DNA from: Duncaniella sp.
GTDB lineage: Bacteria > Bacteroidota > Bacteroidia > Bacteroidales > Muribaculaceae
Reading direction: 5' to 3'
Length of the DNA: 64,000 nucleotides
Assembly: GCA_023664955.1 (NCBI GenBank)
Contig: JAMPEV010000001.1
Location: forward strand, 1,360,188 to 1,424,187
This document shows positions 1 through 9,887 of this stretch, one piece after another. How positions within the stretch are numbered: the first letter of the stretch is position 1; each line of letters starts with the position of its first letter. A program made the position numbers and the translations under genes. Under the pieces are notes generated by a model. That model was given only the letters and a program-made list of their open reading frames with translations, had not been told where the DNA came from and did no database searches.

Positions 1-426
1 ATAAATTAGTTCCTTTATCCCGAATTCCGACTCATGGCGAGCTTGCGCCCGGGATACATCCGGGGAGTGAAGATTCTCGGTGAAGAATGGCGGATTAGAC
101 AGAATTAACAACGGCGATTCAAAAGACTCGTCAAAATCACGAATGTCACCATTCACAATCCTTATCCTGTCAGCCCATTTTGATATTTTAGCATTGGACT
201 CCGCATCCATACAGGCACATCCGTCAATCTCAACGCCTGTGATTAAGGCATCAGGAACTCTTTGGGCCATCATGAGTGCAATCAGCCCACTTCCGCACCC
301 TATATCGAGCACACTCCTGACACCCCTCACATCTGCCCATGCGCCCAAAAGCACTCCATCGGTGCCCACTTTCATGGCACTATTGGTATCATCCACAGCA
401 AATTCCTTAAACTGAAATTTTCCCAT
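1..426 (-). CDS. tRNA1(Val) (adenine37-N6)-methyltransferase (TrmN6/YfiC family), 3' end outside the window
   Basis: Not in the ORF track. Manual translation from the ATG at 426 gives MGKFQFKEFAVDDTNSAMKVGTDGVLLGAWA, the family's F.FK.F...MKVGTDGVLLGAW signature. Confidence 0.9.
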   Translation of the reverse strand, partial: MGKFQFKEFAVDDTNSAMKVGTDGVLLGAWADVRGVRSVLDIGCGSGLIALMMAQRVPDALITGVEIDGCACMDAESNAKISKWADRIRIVNGDIRDFDESFESPLLILSNPPFFTENLHSPDVSRAQARHESEFGIKELIY

Positions 427-514
427 AAGCAAAGATTTTTCAATACCAAGTCAAACTGTTTAGAGAGTGCCTTAGTAAACAGTTCGACTTGGTATAATAA
501 CGTATCCACGACCA

Positions 515-1489
515 TTAATATTGTAATCCCACATTATCGACATATAGAGTCAAGCCCTCAGTGCCAACGTAGGCCTCTCCGTTACCCGACGAGAACATCA
601 TAACGAGATGAGTAGGCGTGGCATTAGGATCATCCCATCCCTCTTCGATAATCTCGGTCATCACCCCCTTTGAATTCCGTGCATAATAGGCACGATCGTC
701 AGTTCTGAACCGGAGGTAAGGTGCGAACGATTTATCCTTTGACGCATCACCATATATAATTGGTAATTTAAACCCATTTACCCAGTCAGATGAAGAATTA
801 AAGAGCTTTCCGGCGGTACCTACACGCTTGGCGTGTATATTACCCTCAGCATCCTCCCAACGACGCTGCAAGAATAGGAAAACCACACCCTCGTCCCGTC
901 CGGGAAGTTTTTTCTTCTTACCGAAACCTGAGGATTTTATTTTGTAATCTACATTGGGCATATCGACCTTATAGTCAAATACTAAAGCTTTTGGCCTTTT
1001 TGTGAAAGGCACCCCCATCTCCATCTTGCTATATGGATTTTTAGTAGATGTTATGGGTTCAAACATTTGTCCTAAGAAAATCGACCCGGCCACCATGACA
1101 TCCATGTTCAACAAGCCGAGAACCTTCACTGATTCAATTTTGGCGCAAAGCTTTGCACACTTATTGCCTCCTCCCCGATCATGTGGATAAACCGCATTGG
1201 AAGTCTTCACTACTCCCGACACTTTGGCATACACATTGCTTGTAGCCCAAGGGGATCCGCCTAAATTCGAGTAGGGCTTATTCCCTTCAATAGTCTGGGT
1301 GGGGCCAATATCATAAATCGTTTTGTCCTTCCCTCCAATCACAGCTGATTCATGAAGATTTCTTGTAACCCATGATGAAAAATCACCATACTTAATCTTT
1401 TCAACACCCTGTGAATAAGCATCAGAAGACCCGGCAAGAACCAAAAGGGCACATACCGACAAATACACCTTATTATAAACTACGGACAT
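515..1489 (-). CDS. PCMD (putative carbohydrate metabolism domain) secreted protein
   Basis: Signal peptide, then SPWATSN, AGSIFLG, GVPFTKRPKAL and PTHLVMMFSSG...GTEGLTLYVDN motifs typical of Bacteroidales PCMD proteins. Confidence 0.8.
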   Translation of the reverse strand: MSVVYNKVYLSVCALLVLAGSSDAYSQGVEKIKYGDFSSWVTRNLHESAVIGGKDKTIYDIGPTQTIEGNKPYSNLGGSPWATSNVYAKVSGVVKTSNAVYPHDRGGGNKCAKLCAKIESVKVLGLLNMDVMVAGSIFLGQMFEPITSTKNPYSKMEMGVPFTKRPKALVFDYKVDMPNVDYKIKSSGFGKKKKLPGRDEGVVFLFLQRRWEDAEGNIHAKRVGTAGKLFNSSSDWVNGFKLPIIYGDASKDKSFAPYLRFRTDDRAYYARNSKGVMTEIIEEGWDDPNATPTHLVMMFSSGNGEAYVGTEGLTLYVDNVGLQY

Positions 1490-2457
1490 ATCCTAAATAA
1501 TTGAAACGTTAATACAAATATGACAAATTATATTTGATTTTATAACAATTCAAGCCACGAATATTCCCTCCATAAAATAAATTTTAACAAAACCAAATGT
1601 TTTGCACAAAAAAGTATAATTATTTATAGTCAATTCAACCAATTTTAATTATAGTAATGTTATAACTACAAAACAAGGTTGATAATCTCACATTTTTAAA
1701 TCTCATCCTGTTCTTTAAAAATGTCGTAGAGATGACATTCTCGTCGAGTTAATTATCGTTCACCTATAATAAGGTCATAATGATTAATCAAAATTCTTCA
1801 TGTATGTAAACTGATATCATTTAAGATATCAAAAACAGGATTAGACGAGTTTCATTTTGAAAATTGGCAATATATTTGCATTTACAAATTTGATTTCACA
1901 ATTCAACTGTTAATTTTATTTTACATTTGATTTTCCAAATTTAGATGCAATATTAAATTATAAATAGCGATTTACAATCTGAAATAGCGAATAATTTATA
2001 TTTTACATTTGTGAAATTTACAATTATCAATCGATTCCATTGTTGAATATTTGAGATTCCATACTGTTCATAAAATCGAATTTTACGTTTCAATTTCAAA
2101 TTATAAATAATTAACACTCCCATTATATGTCTGATAATCTAACAGTTATAAAATACACCTATAGTATTACTGTAATATTATTCGACCTTTTCACTAATTA
2201 GAAGCGATATGGTAATTATTTTCCTACTTACTCTCTTTTTACATAATAATTTGAACATTAATCTTAAACTATTGATTTAAGAATTTCATTCACATTTGCA
2301 TTTTGCAAATCCTACACCAAAATGTAATTCGAATTTGCAATCAGATAAATTTGAATTTGAAGATTTTATTTTTTCTGTTCGCAAACTTGCAGTTTACAAA
2401 TATAATGATTACATTTGCACATCGAATTACAAATCGGAATTTAATTATTTGCATTTT
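1490..2457. promoter_or_regulatory. ~970 bp very AT-rich divergent intergenic region with clustered TT(A/G)CA(A/T) motifs
   Basis: No credible ORF. TTTACA at 1881, 1920, 1971, 2002, 2017, 2238 and 2393, many TTTGCA/TTCACA variants, and TACATTTG (-7 box-like) at 1922, 2004 and 2410. Confidence 0.6.
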
Positions 2458-3156
2458 ATGGATCTCGTTTCAAGACTCAAACAGTATCTCGATGCGCGAC
2501 AAATCAGTGTTACACAGTTTGCCGATGAGTGTTCCATCCCCCGCCCGACAGCCTCACAGCTGCTTGCAGGGCGCAATAAGAAAGTCAGCGATGAGATAAT
2601 CGGTAAAATCCATAATAAATATCCGGACTTATCCATCGTCTGGCTAATGTTTGGCGAAGGAGATATGGTTACGAATGGAAATATTAAAACGTCAGAGCCT
2701 CAAATTGGCAATATCTTCGATAATTCCTTAGGGAATATCACTGACCATCAAGTCGGTACAATTAATTCAGATACAAATAAATTCGACGATAGTAAATCAC
2801 CGGAAAAAATTGAGACAGCCAAGCCATCAGGATTTACATTTCCTGAGGAGAACGAAACGACTCAGAACTTATTCCAACAGCAAGAATCACCCTATTCGAA
2901 TTCCTTCTCTTTTACCAATGACACCGACGAGGTTGAAACTACACCTGCCAATCCAACAGCCGTAAGCACAGAGTCGGACAGAATAAAGTCACCTACATCA
3001 ACATCCGCAGCCACAGTGACCGCCAACGAAAACCGCCCCATCACAGTCACACCCGGGAAAGGTAAACGAGTGACCGGAATAGTAGTGTACTACGACGACA
3101 GCACCTACGAATCATTCATCCCCGACCCCTCCCACCGCCACCCCTTCATGCCATAG
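2458..3156 (+). CDS. XRE-family helix-turn-helix protein with low-complexity linker and conserved C-terminal beta motif
   Basis: Start moved to ATG 2458 (MDLVSRLKQYL...SVTQFADECSIPRPTASQLLAGRNKK...WLMFGEGDM). C-terminal KRVTGIVVYYDDSTYESF. TACATTTG promoter box at 2410-2417. Confidence 0.85.
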   Translation: MDLVSRLKQYLDARQISVTQFADECSIPRPTASQLLAGRNKKVSDEIIGKIHNKYPDLSIVWLMFGEGDMVTNGNIKTSEPQIGNIFDNSLGNITDHQVGTINSDTNKFDDSKSPEKIETAKPSGFTFPEENETTQNLFQQQESPYSNSFSFTNDTDEVETTPANPTAVSTESDRIKSPTSTSAATVTANENRPITVTPGKGKRVTGIVVYYDDSTYESFIPDPSHRHPFMP

Positions 3157-3298
3157 ACCATCTATCATGAGATGACAACCCTCTAAAATTAATTATTCAA
3201 TGGCGTGAAGCAGGGAATCGTCAGGTCAGACTCCGAAACATTATTTGATAAAATGCGATATTCTGCGTAACTTTGCACTTTCAATCGCATATGTTCAA

Positions 3299-5293
3299 AT
3301 GAGTATTTCTATAAATAATCTCTCAGTAGAGTTCAGCGCAAAATCGCTTTTTGACAATATTTCCTATATTATAAACCGGAAAGACAAGATAGCACTTGTG
3401 GGCAAAAACGGGGCTGGTAAATCCACCATGCTCAAAATCATAGCGGGTATCCAGAAGCCAACTTCCGGCACGGTGAGCGTGCCACGTGACACCACTATCG
3501 GGTATCTGCCCCAGCACATGACCATCACCGACACAGCCACTGTAATCGAGGAAGTGAGAAGCGCATTCAGTCACATTGATGAAATGAAGGCACGCCTCGA
3601 CGAAATCAATAGTGAACTATCCAAACGTGAGGATTACGAGTCAAAAGAATATCAGGATCTCATCGATGCGATGACCTCCCTCACCGACCGCCTTGCTATG
3701 GAAGAGAGTGACAACTGTGAGGCAGAAATGGAGAAAACGCTGTTAGGATTGGGATTCCTCCGCTCCGACTTCAATCGTCCCACATCAGAATTTTCAGGTG
3801 GCTGGCGTATGCGCATTGAACTGGCGAAATTACTCTTGACCAGGCCTGACGTGTTGCTCCTTGACGAGCCCACCAACCACCTCGATATCGAATCAATCCA
3901 ATGGCTTGAAAATTTTCTTATAAGCAAAGCCAATTCCGTGGTGCTCGTGAGCCATGACCGCGCTTTCATCGACAATGTCACTAACCGCACAATAGAGATA
4001 TCGCTCGGTAAAATATATGACTATTCAGTCAACTATTCCAAATATGTGGCCCTTCGCGAGGAACGCCTCCAGCAGCAGATGAGAGCCTATCAGAATCAGC
4101 AGAAGTTGATTCAGGATACCGAGGATTTTATAGAACGGTTCCGCTACAAAGCCACAAAGAGCGTACAGGTGCAGAGCCGCATAAAACAATTAGCGAAAAT
4201 CGAACGTATCGAGGTTGACGAGGTTGACACCTCCCACCTTAACTTAAAGTTTCCTCCAGCTCCCCGCTCCGGCGACTACCCTATCATCGCCGATAATGTT
4301 GGGAAAGCTTACGGACAGCACCAAGTTTTCAATAATGCAACTTTCACCATAAAACGCGGCGAGAAAGTGGCGTTCGTTGGCAAAAACGGTGAAGGTAAGT
4401 CAACGCTCGTAAAGTGCATAATGGGCGAGATTCCTTTTACCGGCAACCTGAAGATAGGGCACAATGTCAAGATTGGATATTTTGCGCAAAACCAGGCACA
4501 ATTGCTCGATGAGGAGATCACGGTGTTTGACACCATCGACCGAGTAGCCGTTGGCGACATCCGCACGAAGATTCGTGACATCCTTGGCGCGTTCATGTTT
4601 GGCGGCGAAGCTTCCGACAAGAAAGTTAAAGTACTTTCTGGCGGAGAGAAGACACGTCTCGCCATGATCCGGCTCCTGCTCGAACCGGTCAATCTTCTTA
4701 TTCTCGATGAGCCGACCAACCATCTTGACATGAAGACTAAGGACATCCTCAAGCAGGCAATAAAAGATTTCGACGGCACTGTCATAGTGGTGAGCCATGA
4801 CCGCGAATTCCTTGACGGGCTCGTTGAGAAAGTTTATGAATTTGGTGGAGGTAAAGTTAAAGAGTGTCTCGGCGGCATATATGAATTTCTTGAGAAAAAG
4901 AAACTCGCATCACTCCAGGAGCTCGAGCGCTCGGAAGGGAAAACCGACGCCGCTAAAAAAGTATCATCCGAAAACACGACGAAAAAGGGAACTTCGGCTT
5001 CTTCCATGTCAAGCCCTAATGCATCCCAGCCATCGCAGTCGCCAGGCAAACTCACATATGCGCAGCAACGAGAACATGAAAAGCTCGTAAGAAAAGCACG
5101 TAAGAAAGTAGATGAAGCCGAAGCCGAAGTTGCACGGCTGGAACAACAGGTCGCCGATATAGAGACCGAAATATCGGCCGGAAATCCTCCAGCCGATATA
5201 TATGACCGCCACGCCAAAGCCACCAAGCAGCTCGAAAATGCCATGTCACTTTGGGAACTCGCTTCTATGGAGCTTGACGAAATATCCAAATAG
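3299..5293 (+). CDS. ABC-F family ATP-binding protein
   Basis: Two ABC domains (GKNGAGKST, FSGGWRMR, LLDEPTNHLD; GKNGEGKST, LSGGEK), no TM segments, C-terminal coiled coil. TAACTTTG at 3268-3275 supports the ATG at 3299. Confidence 0.93.
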   Translation: MSISINNLSVEFSAKSLFDNISYIINRKDKIALVGKNGAGKSTMLKIIAGIQKPTSGTVSVPRDTTIGYLPQHMTITDTATVIEEVRSAFSHIDEMKARLDEINSELSKREDYESKEYQDLIDAMTSLTDRLAMEESDNCEAEMEKTLLGLGFLRSDFNRPTSEFSGGWRMRIELAKLLLTRPDVLLLDEPTNHLDIESIQWLENFLISKANSVVLVSHDRAFIDNVTNRTIEISLGKIYDYSVNYSKYVALREERLQQQMRAYQNQQKLIQDTEDFIERFRYKATKSVQVQSRIKQLAKIERIEVDEVDTSHLNLKFPPAPRSGDYPIIADNVGKAYGQHQVFNNATFTIKRGEKVAFVGKNGEGKSTLVKCIMGEIPFTGNLKIGHNVKIGYFAQNQAQLLDEEITVFDTIDRVAVGDIRTKIRDILGAFMFGGEASDKKVKVLSGGEKTRLAMIRLLLEPVNLLILDEPTNHLDMKTKDILKQAIKDFDGTVIVVSHDREFLDGLVEKVYEFGGGKVKECLGGIYEFLEKKKLASLQELERSEGKTDAAKKVSSENTTKKGTSASSMSSPNASQPSQSPGKLTYAQQREHEKLVRKARKKVDEAEAEVARLEQQVADIETEISAGNPPADIYDRHAKATKQLENAMSLWELASMELDEISK

Positions 5294-5342
5294 AATTTTA
5301 GAGTGTGTCTAATAATTAATCTGGGAATGAATGCGCACGATT

Positions 5343-6176
5343 CTAAGCCAGTGAAATTCCTGCTGAGGATATCAAAATCCGTTTTTTCTTATAAAGGTTT
5401 CCGATAGCTTTCTTGAAATCCCTCTTCGAGCAATTGAAAGTAGCCTTAATTGACTCCGGCGAAGAGTCGTCGCTGAGCGGAAGGAAGCCACCCGGTTCCT
5501 TCTTCAAATGCGTTAGGATTGCTTTTGCCAACTTTTCTATTCTCCCGTCATTAGTCCCGCTGACTGTGAGGTCGATTTTTCCATCCTCCCTTACGCGCTT
5601 CACATAAGCAGGAATCTTTTCCTCGATAACCAACGGCGCGTAGAGGTCGCTTTCGTAAATCAGCCCGTGATAGAGATTATCGACTATCGTCTTATATCCG
5701 AGTTCGGTGTGTTTATACACAAGAGCCTCAACCTTATCGCCAATTTTATAAGAGGGATATTTGTTGCCTAAGAATTTATCAATTTTTGCAGAAGCAACTA
5801 TCCTCTTTGTGACATCGTCGAGATACACATAAACCAGGCAAATCATCCCCTCACGGAGTTTGACAGTCTGTTCGCTAAACGGCACCAGAAGTTGCTTTGT
5901 AAGTCCCCAATCAAGAAACGCGCCCACACGATTGACGGCACTCACCTGAAGATAAGCGAATTCACCCACCTGGGCAAAAGGATGCTCGGTAGTGGCCACA
6001 AGTCTCTCTTCTGAATCCCGGTAGATAAATACATCAAGTTCGTCGCCGGGCTCCAATGGAGATTCTATATACTTGGCCGGCAGTAGTATCTCGAGGCCTT
6101 CACCTCCATCTAAGTAGGCACCGAAATCCACCAATTTCACCACTTTAAGTTTATTATATTTCCCGATTTTTACCAT
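5343..6176 (-). CDS. CvfB-family S1 RNA-binding protein
   Basis: Tandem S1 motifs (FGAYLD, VGAFLDWGL.K.LLVPF, DGKIDL) and C-terminal winged helix SKRDFKKAIGNLYK. Confidence 0.9.
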   Translation of the reverse strand: MVKIGKYNKLKVVKLVDFGAYLDGGEGLEILLPAKYIESPLEPGDELDVFIYRDSEERLVATTEHPFAQVGEFAYLQVSAVNRVGAFLDWGLTKQLLVPFSEQTVKLREGMICLVYVYLDDVTKRIVASAKIDKFLGNKYPSYKIGDKVEALVYKHTELGYKTIVDNLYHGLIYESDLYAPLVIEEKIPAYVKRVREDGKIDLTVSGTNDGRIEKLAKAILTHLKKEPGGFLPLSDDSSPESIKATFNCSKRDFKKAIGNLYKKKRILISSAGISLA

Positions 6177-6381
6177 TTCATGTTAATGTTACGTTAATTT
6201 TTGTATGCAAATTTAACTAAAATATCATGATTATCGTGTAAATTTGCAAACCATAGTTTGTATGAGCATGATTATTTCTAATAATCTTGACCCATTAATA
6301 AAACGCTATTAGCCGTTAAGTTGTTAATTATAAGTCATGGTTTTGACAAATCTTAATTATGACACATAAACCGCCCACAAC

Positions 6382-7002
6382 ATGGATGAAATACTGAAAT
6401 ACTTCCCTGATCTCACTGAAGGCCAGATAACCCAATTCACTAAATTAGGTATCTTATACCCGGAATGGAATGAAAAAATCAATGTGATTTCCCGTAAAGA
6501 CATTTCAAACCTTTACACCCATCACATCCTCCATTCCTTATCATTGGCCAAGTTTATTACCCCGGTCGATGGAACTTCTTTTATCGACCTTGGAACCGGT
6601 GGCGGCTTCCCCGGCATCCCACTTGCTATCATGTGGCCTCATTGCAAGTTACATCTCATCGACCGCATCGGGAAGAAAATCAAAGTAGCCAGTGCGATTG
6701 CCGAGGAGATTGGGCTTAAAAATGTGACTTTCCAGCATGGGGACATCGGTGAATGTCATTTGAAAGTTGATTTCATGATTTCACGCGCCGTGATGCAACT
6801 TGAGGAACTCGTGCGTTTATCCAAGCGTAACATTTCAGGCAAAGACCGCAATGGATTTCCCAACGGACTGATTTGCCTGAAGGGTGGCGACTTAGCCGCC
6901 GAGATTGATCAGATTTCGCAGCCGCTAATCGATGTGCCTCTTAGCGATTACTTCACTGAAGAATATTTTAAGACCAAAGACTTAATCTATGTAGAATTAT
7001 GA
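6382..7002 (+). CDS. rsmG: 16S rRNA (guanine527-N7)-methyltransferase RsmG
   Basis: WNEKINVISR, HILHSL, DLGTGGGFPGIPLAI, SRAV and LKG motifs. Confidence 0.95.
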   Translation: MDEILKYFPDLTEGQITQFTKLGILYPEWNEKINVISRKDISNLYTHHILHSLSLAKFITPVDGTSFIDLGTGGGFPGIPLAIMWPHCKLHLIDRIGKKIKVASAIAEEIGLKNVTFQHGDIGECHLKVDFMISRAVMQLEELVRLSKRNISGKDRNGFPNGLICLKGGDLAAEIDQISQPLIDVPLSDYFTEEYFKTKDLIYVEL

Positions 7003-7637
7003 AAGTAAGCAGATTTGTATTCAGTATGTTCGGGGTTAACACCTACGTGATGTGGGATCCCGAATCATCCGAGGCCGCCATAGTAGATCCCGGAATGATT
7101 GACGAAAAAGAGCGTGATGTCCTTGACGATTTCATAAGCCGTAATAACCTGAAAGTCACGCAGCTTCTTAACACCCATATGCATCTTGACCATATATTTG
7201 GCAATGCCCATGTTAAGGAAAAGTATGGACTTGAAATAAAAGCTCATCCCGATGATAATTTCTTAGGTTTGGACCTCAACGGCCAAGCCTCAAGGTTTCA
7301 CCTCCCCCTCCGTTTCACCGACATGGGACTCGATGTGGAACTCCACGATGGCGACACCCTTTACCTTGGAGAGGAACCAATTAAGGTTATCTCCGTTCCC
7401 GGACACTCACCCGGCAGCGTAGCCCTATATTGCCCGGAATCAGGCTTCGTTATCACGGGAGATGCCGTATTTAAAGGGTCAATCGGCCGTACCGACCTGC
7501 CCGGTGGCAACCAGTCCCGGCTTCTTGAATCCATCCGCACAAAGTTGTTCCCACTTCCTGATGACACGGTTATCCTCCCCGGCCACGGACCCGAGTCAAC
7601 CGTCGGCTTCGAAAAATCCCACAATCCTTTTTTCTAA
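6999..7637 (+). CDS. MBL-fold metallo-hydrolase (glyoxalase II-like)
   Basis: THMHLDH, PGHSPG, GD, GRTDLPGG and PGHG motifs. Overlaps the rsmG stop (ATGA). Confidence 0.92.
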   Translation: MKVSRFVFSMFGVNTYVMWDPESSEAAIVDPGMIDEKERDVLDDFISRNNLKVTQLLNTHMHLDHIFGNAHVKEKYGLEIKAHPDDNFLGLDLNGQASRFHLPLRFTDMGLDVELHDGDTLYLGEEPIKVISVPGHSPGSVALYCPESGFVITGDAVFKGSIGRTDLPGGNQSRLLESIRTKLFPLPDDTVILPGHGPESTVGFEKSHNPFF

Positions 7638-7806
7638 TTTATATTTTTATACCTGGACCTTTCCGGATATTTATATTTATTAAAGAAATTTTTCTGTATT
7701 CAGATGTTTTTGTTTAAATTTGCGGATTATTTAAAAGTGCTTACGGAAAAGAGATTTTTTCCACTTTTTCGAAGTCAAAAAAAGTATTGACTAAAAAGTT
7801 TCCAAT

Positions 7807-9705
7807 ATGACAAGAGCTAAATTGAAAATACGTGATTTGACATTACGTGACGGGCAGCAGTCTCTTTTTGCCACCCGTATGAGCCAAGAAACTATTGACA
7901 AGCTACTTCCTTACTACGAAGATGCCCATTTTTATATAATGGAAGTGTGGGGAGGTGCGGTACCCGACTCTGTGATGCGTTATCTCGATGAATCGCCATG
8001 GAATCGCCTTCGCACCATCTCAAAGGCGATGGACTCAAAGAGCGAACATCCCAAAGCGCTTCTTTCAGCACTTTCACGTGGCCGCAATCTCTTCGGCTAT
8101 GTTCCCTATCCTGACACCGTGCTCAAGGGATTCTATAAAGAAGCTATCGACAACGGACTGAACGTGATGCGTATTTTCGATGCGCTCAACGACATTGACA
8201 ATGTCAAGGAATCAATCCGCCTCATCAACTCTCTTGGAGGCATTGCCGACGGTGCGGTATGCTACACCGTAGACCCCAAGCCGGTTGAACCTGAAGCACC
8301 CCAAGGCTTCATGGGGAAACTGAAATCTCTTTTCGGTGGTAAAGCTCCCGAACCGGAGAAAATTTTCACCGACGAATACTTCGTGAGCAAAGCAAAAGCC
8401 ATGGAGAGCCTCGGTGCCAAAATCATCACTCTTAAGGATATGGCCGGACTGGTAAGCCCCTTACGTGCCGCATCAATCATATCAGCCCTCAAACGCGAAG
8501 TGAAAGTACCTGTCGACTTCCACACCCATTGCACCCCCGGTTATGGTCTGGCCTCCGCACTCATGGCTATCATCAACGGCGTTGACATTCTCGACACCAA
8601 CATTTGGTGGTTTGGCGGCGGCTCGGCAGCTCCTGCCATCGAACTCATCTACATATTCTGCCAGCGCTTAGGAGTGGAAATAGAGGTTAACATGGAAGCT
8701 GTAGGACGCATCAGAAAAGAACTTTTCAACGCCCGTAAATCACTTGCCGACTACGACCTCAACCGCGACAACATGCCAATCGACTACGACCCGCTCAACG
8801 ACGTCCTCCCTGCTGAAATCCTTGCCTTGTTTGACAGCGCAATTCAATTTGCCCAGGCCAACGATGAGGAAGCACTTCTCGAAGCATGCCATAAAATCGA
8901 AGCTTACTTCCATTTCCCGAAGCCCAACGAGCTCGTGAAGAATGCAGAGGTGCCAGGCGGTATGTACTCCAACATGGTGGCACAGCTTAAACAGCTCCAT
9001 GCTGAGGACCTTCTCGAGGATGCCATGAAGCTCATCCCGATGGTACGCCGTGACGCCGGACTGATTCCCTTGGTAACACCTACCAGCCAGATAGTCGGCA
9101 GCCAGGCTGTGCTCGTGGCACTTGACCGCAAAAACGGCAAGCCCGACTACTCTAACGCATCCAACCAATTTATATCTCTGGTAAAGGGAGAATACGGCAA
9201 GACCCCGGTGCCCATCGACCCGGCATTCCGCGAGAAAATCACAGGCAGCGCCGAAGAGAAGCCATATGATGTCACATCCTACAAACAGCCTGAGAATCCC
9301 GCCCTCGATTACCTTGGCGGCAAGAAACTTGCGACTAACGACGAGGAGTACCTACTTCTCCAGCTTCTCCCCTCTGTAGCCAATGGATTCCTCCGCAAAC
9401 GCCGTGCTGAAGAGCACGCTGCCGAAGAAGCCAGCAAGCCAAAAGAGACTAAGGAAGAGGAAATTAAGGTGGCAGTCGAGCCTATTACCGGACCGGTATT
9501 GACCGCACCGATGGGAGGCAGGATAGTTTCGGTAGCAGTGAAGGACGGTCAAGCAGTGAAGAAAGGTGACCTTCTTCTTGTATACGAGGCTATGAAGATG
9601 GAAAATGACGTGATGGCTGAAAGCGATGCAGTGGTGAAACGAGTACTCGTGACCACCGATGAAATCGTCGGCACTGACGCTCCGCTCATCGAATTTCAGG
9701 ACTAA
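7807..9705 (+). CDS. Biotin-dependent carboxyltransferase (oxaloacetate decarboxylase alpha / pyruvate carboxylase B type)
   Basis: RDGQQSLFATR, EVWGGA, KDMAG, HTH, LVTPTSQIVG and a C-terminal biotinyl domain EAMKM. Confidence 0.9.
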   Translation: MTRAKLKIRDLTLRDGQQSLFATRMSQETIDKLLPYYEDAHFYIMEVWGGAVPDSVMRYLDESPWNRLRTISKAMDSKSEHPKALLSALSRGRNLFGYVPYPDTVLKGFYKEAIDNGLNVMRIFDALNDIDNVKESIRLINSLGGIADGAVCYTVDPKPVEPEAPQGFMGKLKSLFGGKAPEPEKIFTDEYFVSKAKAMESLGAKIITLKDMAGLVSPLRAASIISALKREVKVPVDFHTHCTPGYGLASALMAIINGVDILDTNIWWFGGGSAAPAIELIYIFCQRLGVEIEVNMEAVGRIRKELFNARKSLADYDLNRDNMPIDYDPLNDVLPAEILALFDSAIQFAQANDEEALLEACHKIEAYFHFPKPNELVKNAEVPGGMYSNMVAQLKQLHAEDLLEDAMKLIPMVRRDAGLIPLVTPTSQIVGSQAVLVALDRKNGKPDYSNASNQFISLVKGEYGKTPVPIDPAFREKITGSAEEKPYDVTSYKQPENPALDYLGGKKLATNDEEYLLLQLLPSVANGFLRKRRAEEHAAEEASKPKETKEEEIKVAVEPITGPVLTAPMGGRIVSVAVKDGQAVKKGDLLLVYEAMKMENDVMAESDAVVKRVLVTTDEIVGTDAPLIEFQD

Positions 9706-9815
9706 ACGACTTATGGCGTAGGAGGCAATTATTTATGATATAACCTCCTGAGGCTATCCATTGGCAAAAAAATCATTTTTGATTTGAACAAAAATCACAC
9801 CAAAACGCTTTAAAC

Positions 9816-9849
9816 AATGAGGATGTATTTTTCACAATACATCCTCATT
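9816..9849 (+). promoter_or_regulatory. Perfect 14-bp stem-loop upstream of the porin gene (5' stabiliser or terminator)
   Basis: AATGAGGATGTATT-TTTCAC-AATACATCCTCATT. Confidence 0.55.
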
Positions 9850-9887
9850 ATTTAATTTAAACTCACTTTTCAACCAACCATTTACTT

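Noticed and set aside
80-603. Plus-strand ORFs 80-415 and 262-603
   Set aside because: They are antisense shadows of the real minus-strand tRNA methyltransferase and PCMD genes.
1490-2457. oriC or dif call for the AT-rich region
   Set aside because: I saw no TTATCCACA DnaA-box cluster and no dif consensus. The plus strand looks C-rich on both sides and no dnaA or mnmG is nearby. Kept only as an unexplained motif array.
2296-2457. 54-aa N-terminal extension of the XRE ORF
   Set aside because: It has a TTG start running through the motif array and the promoter box. The HTH begins at ATG 2458.
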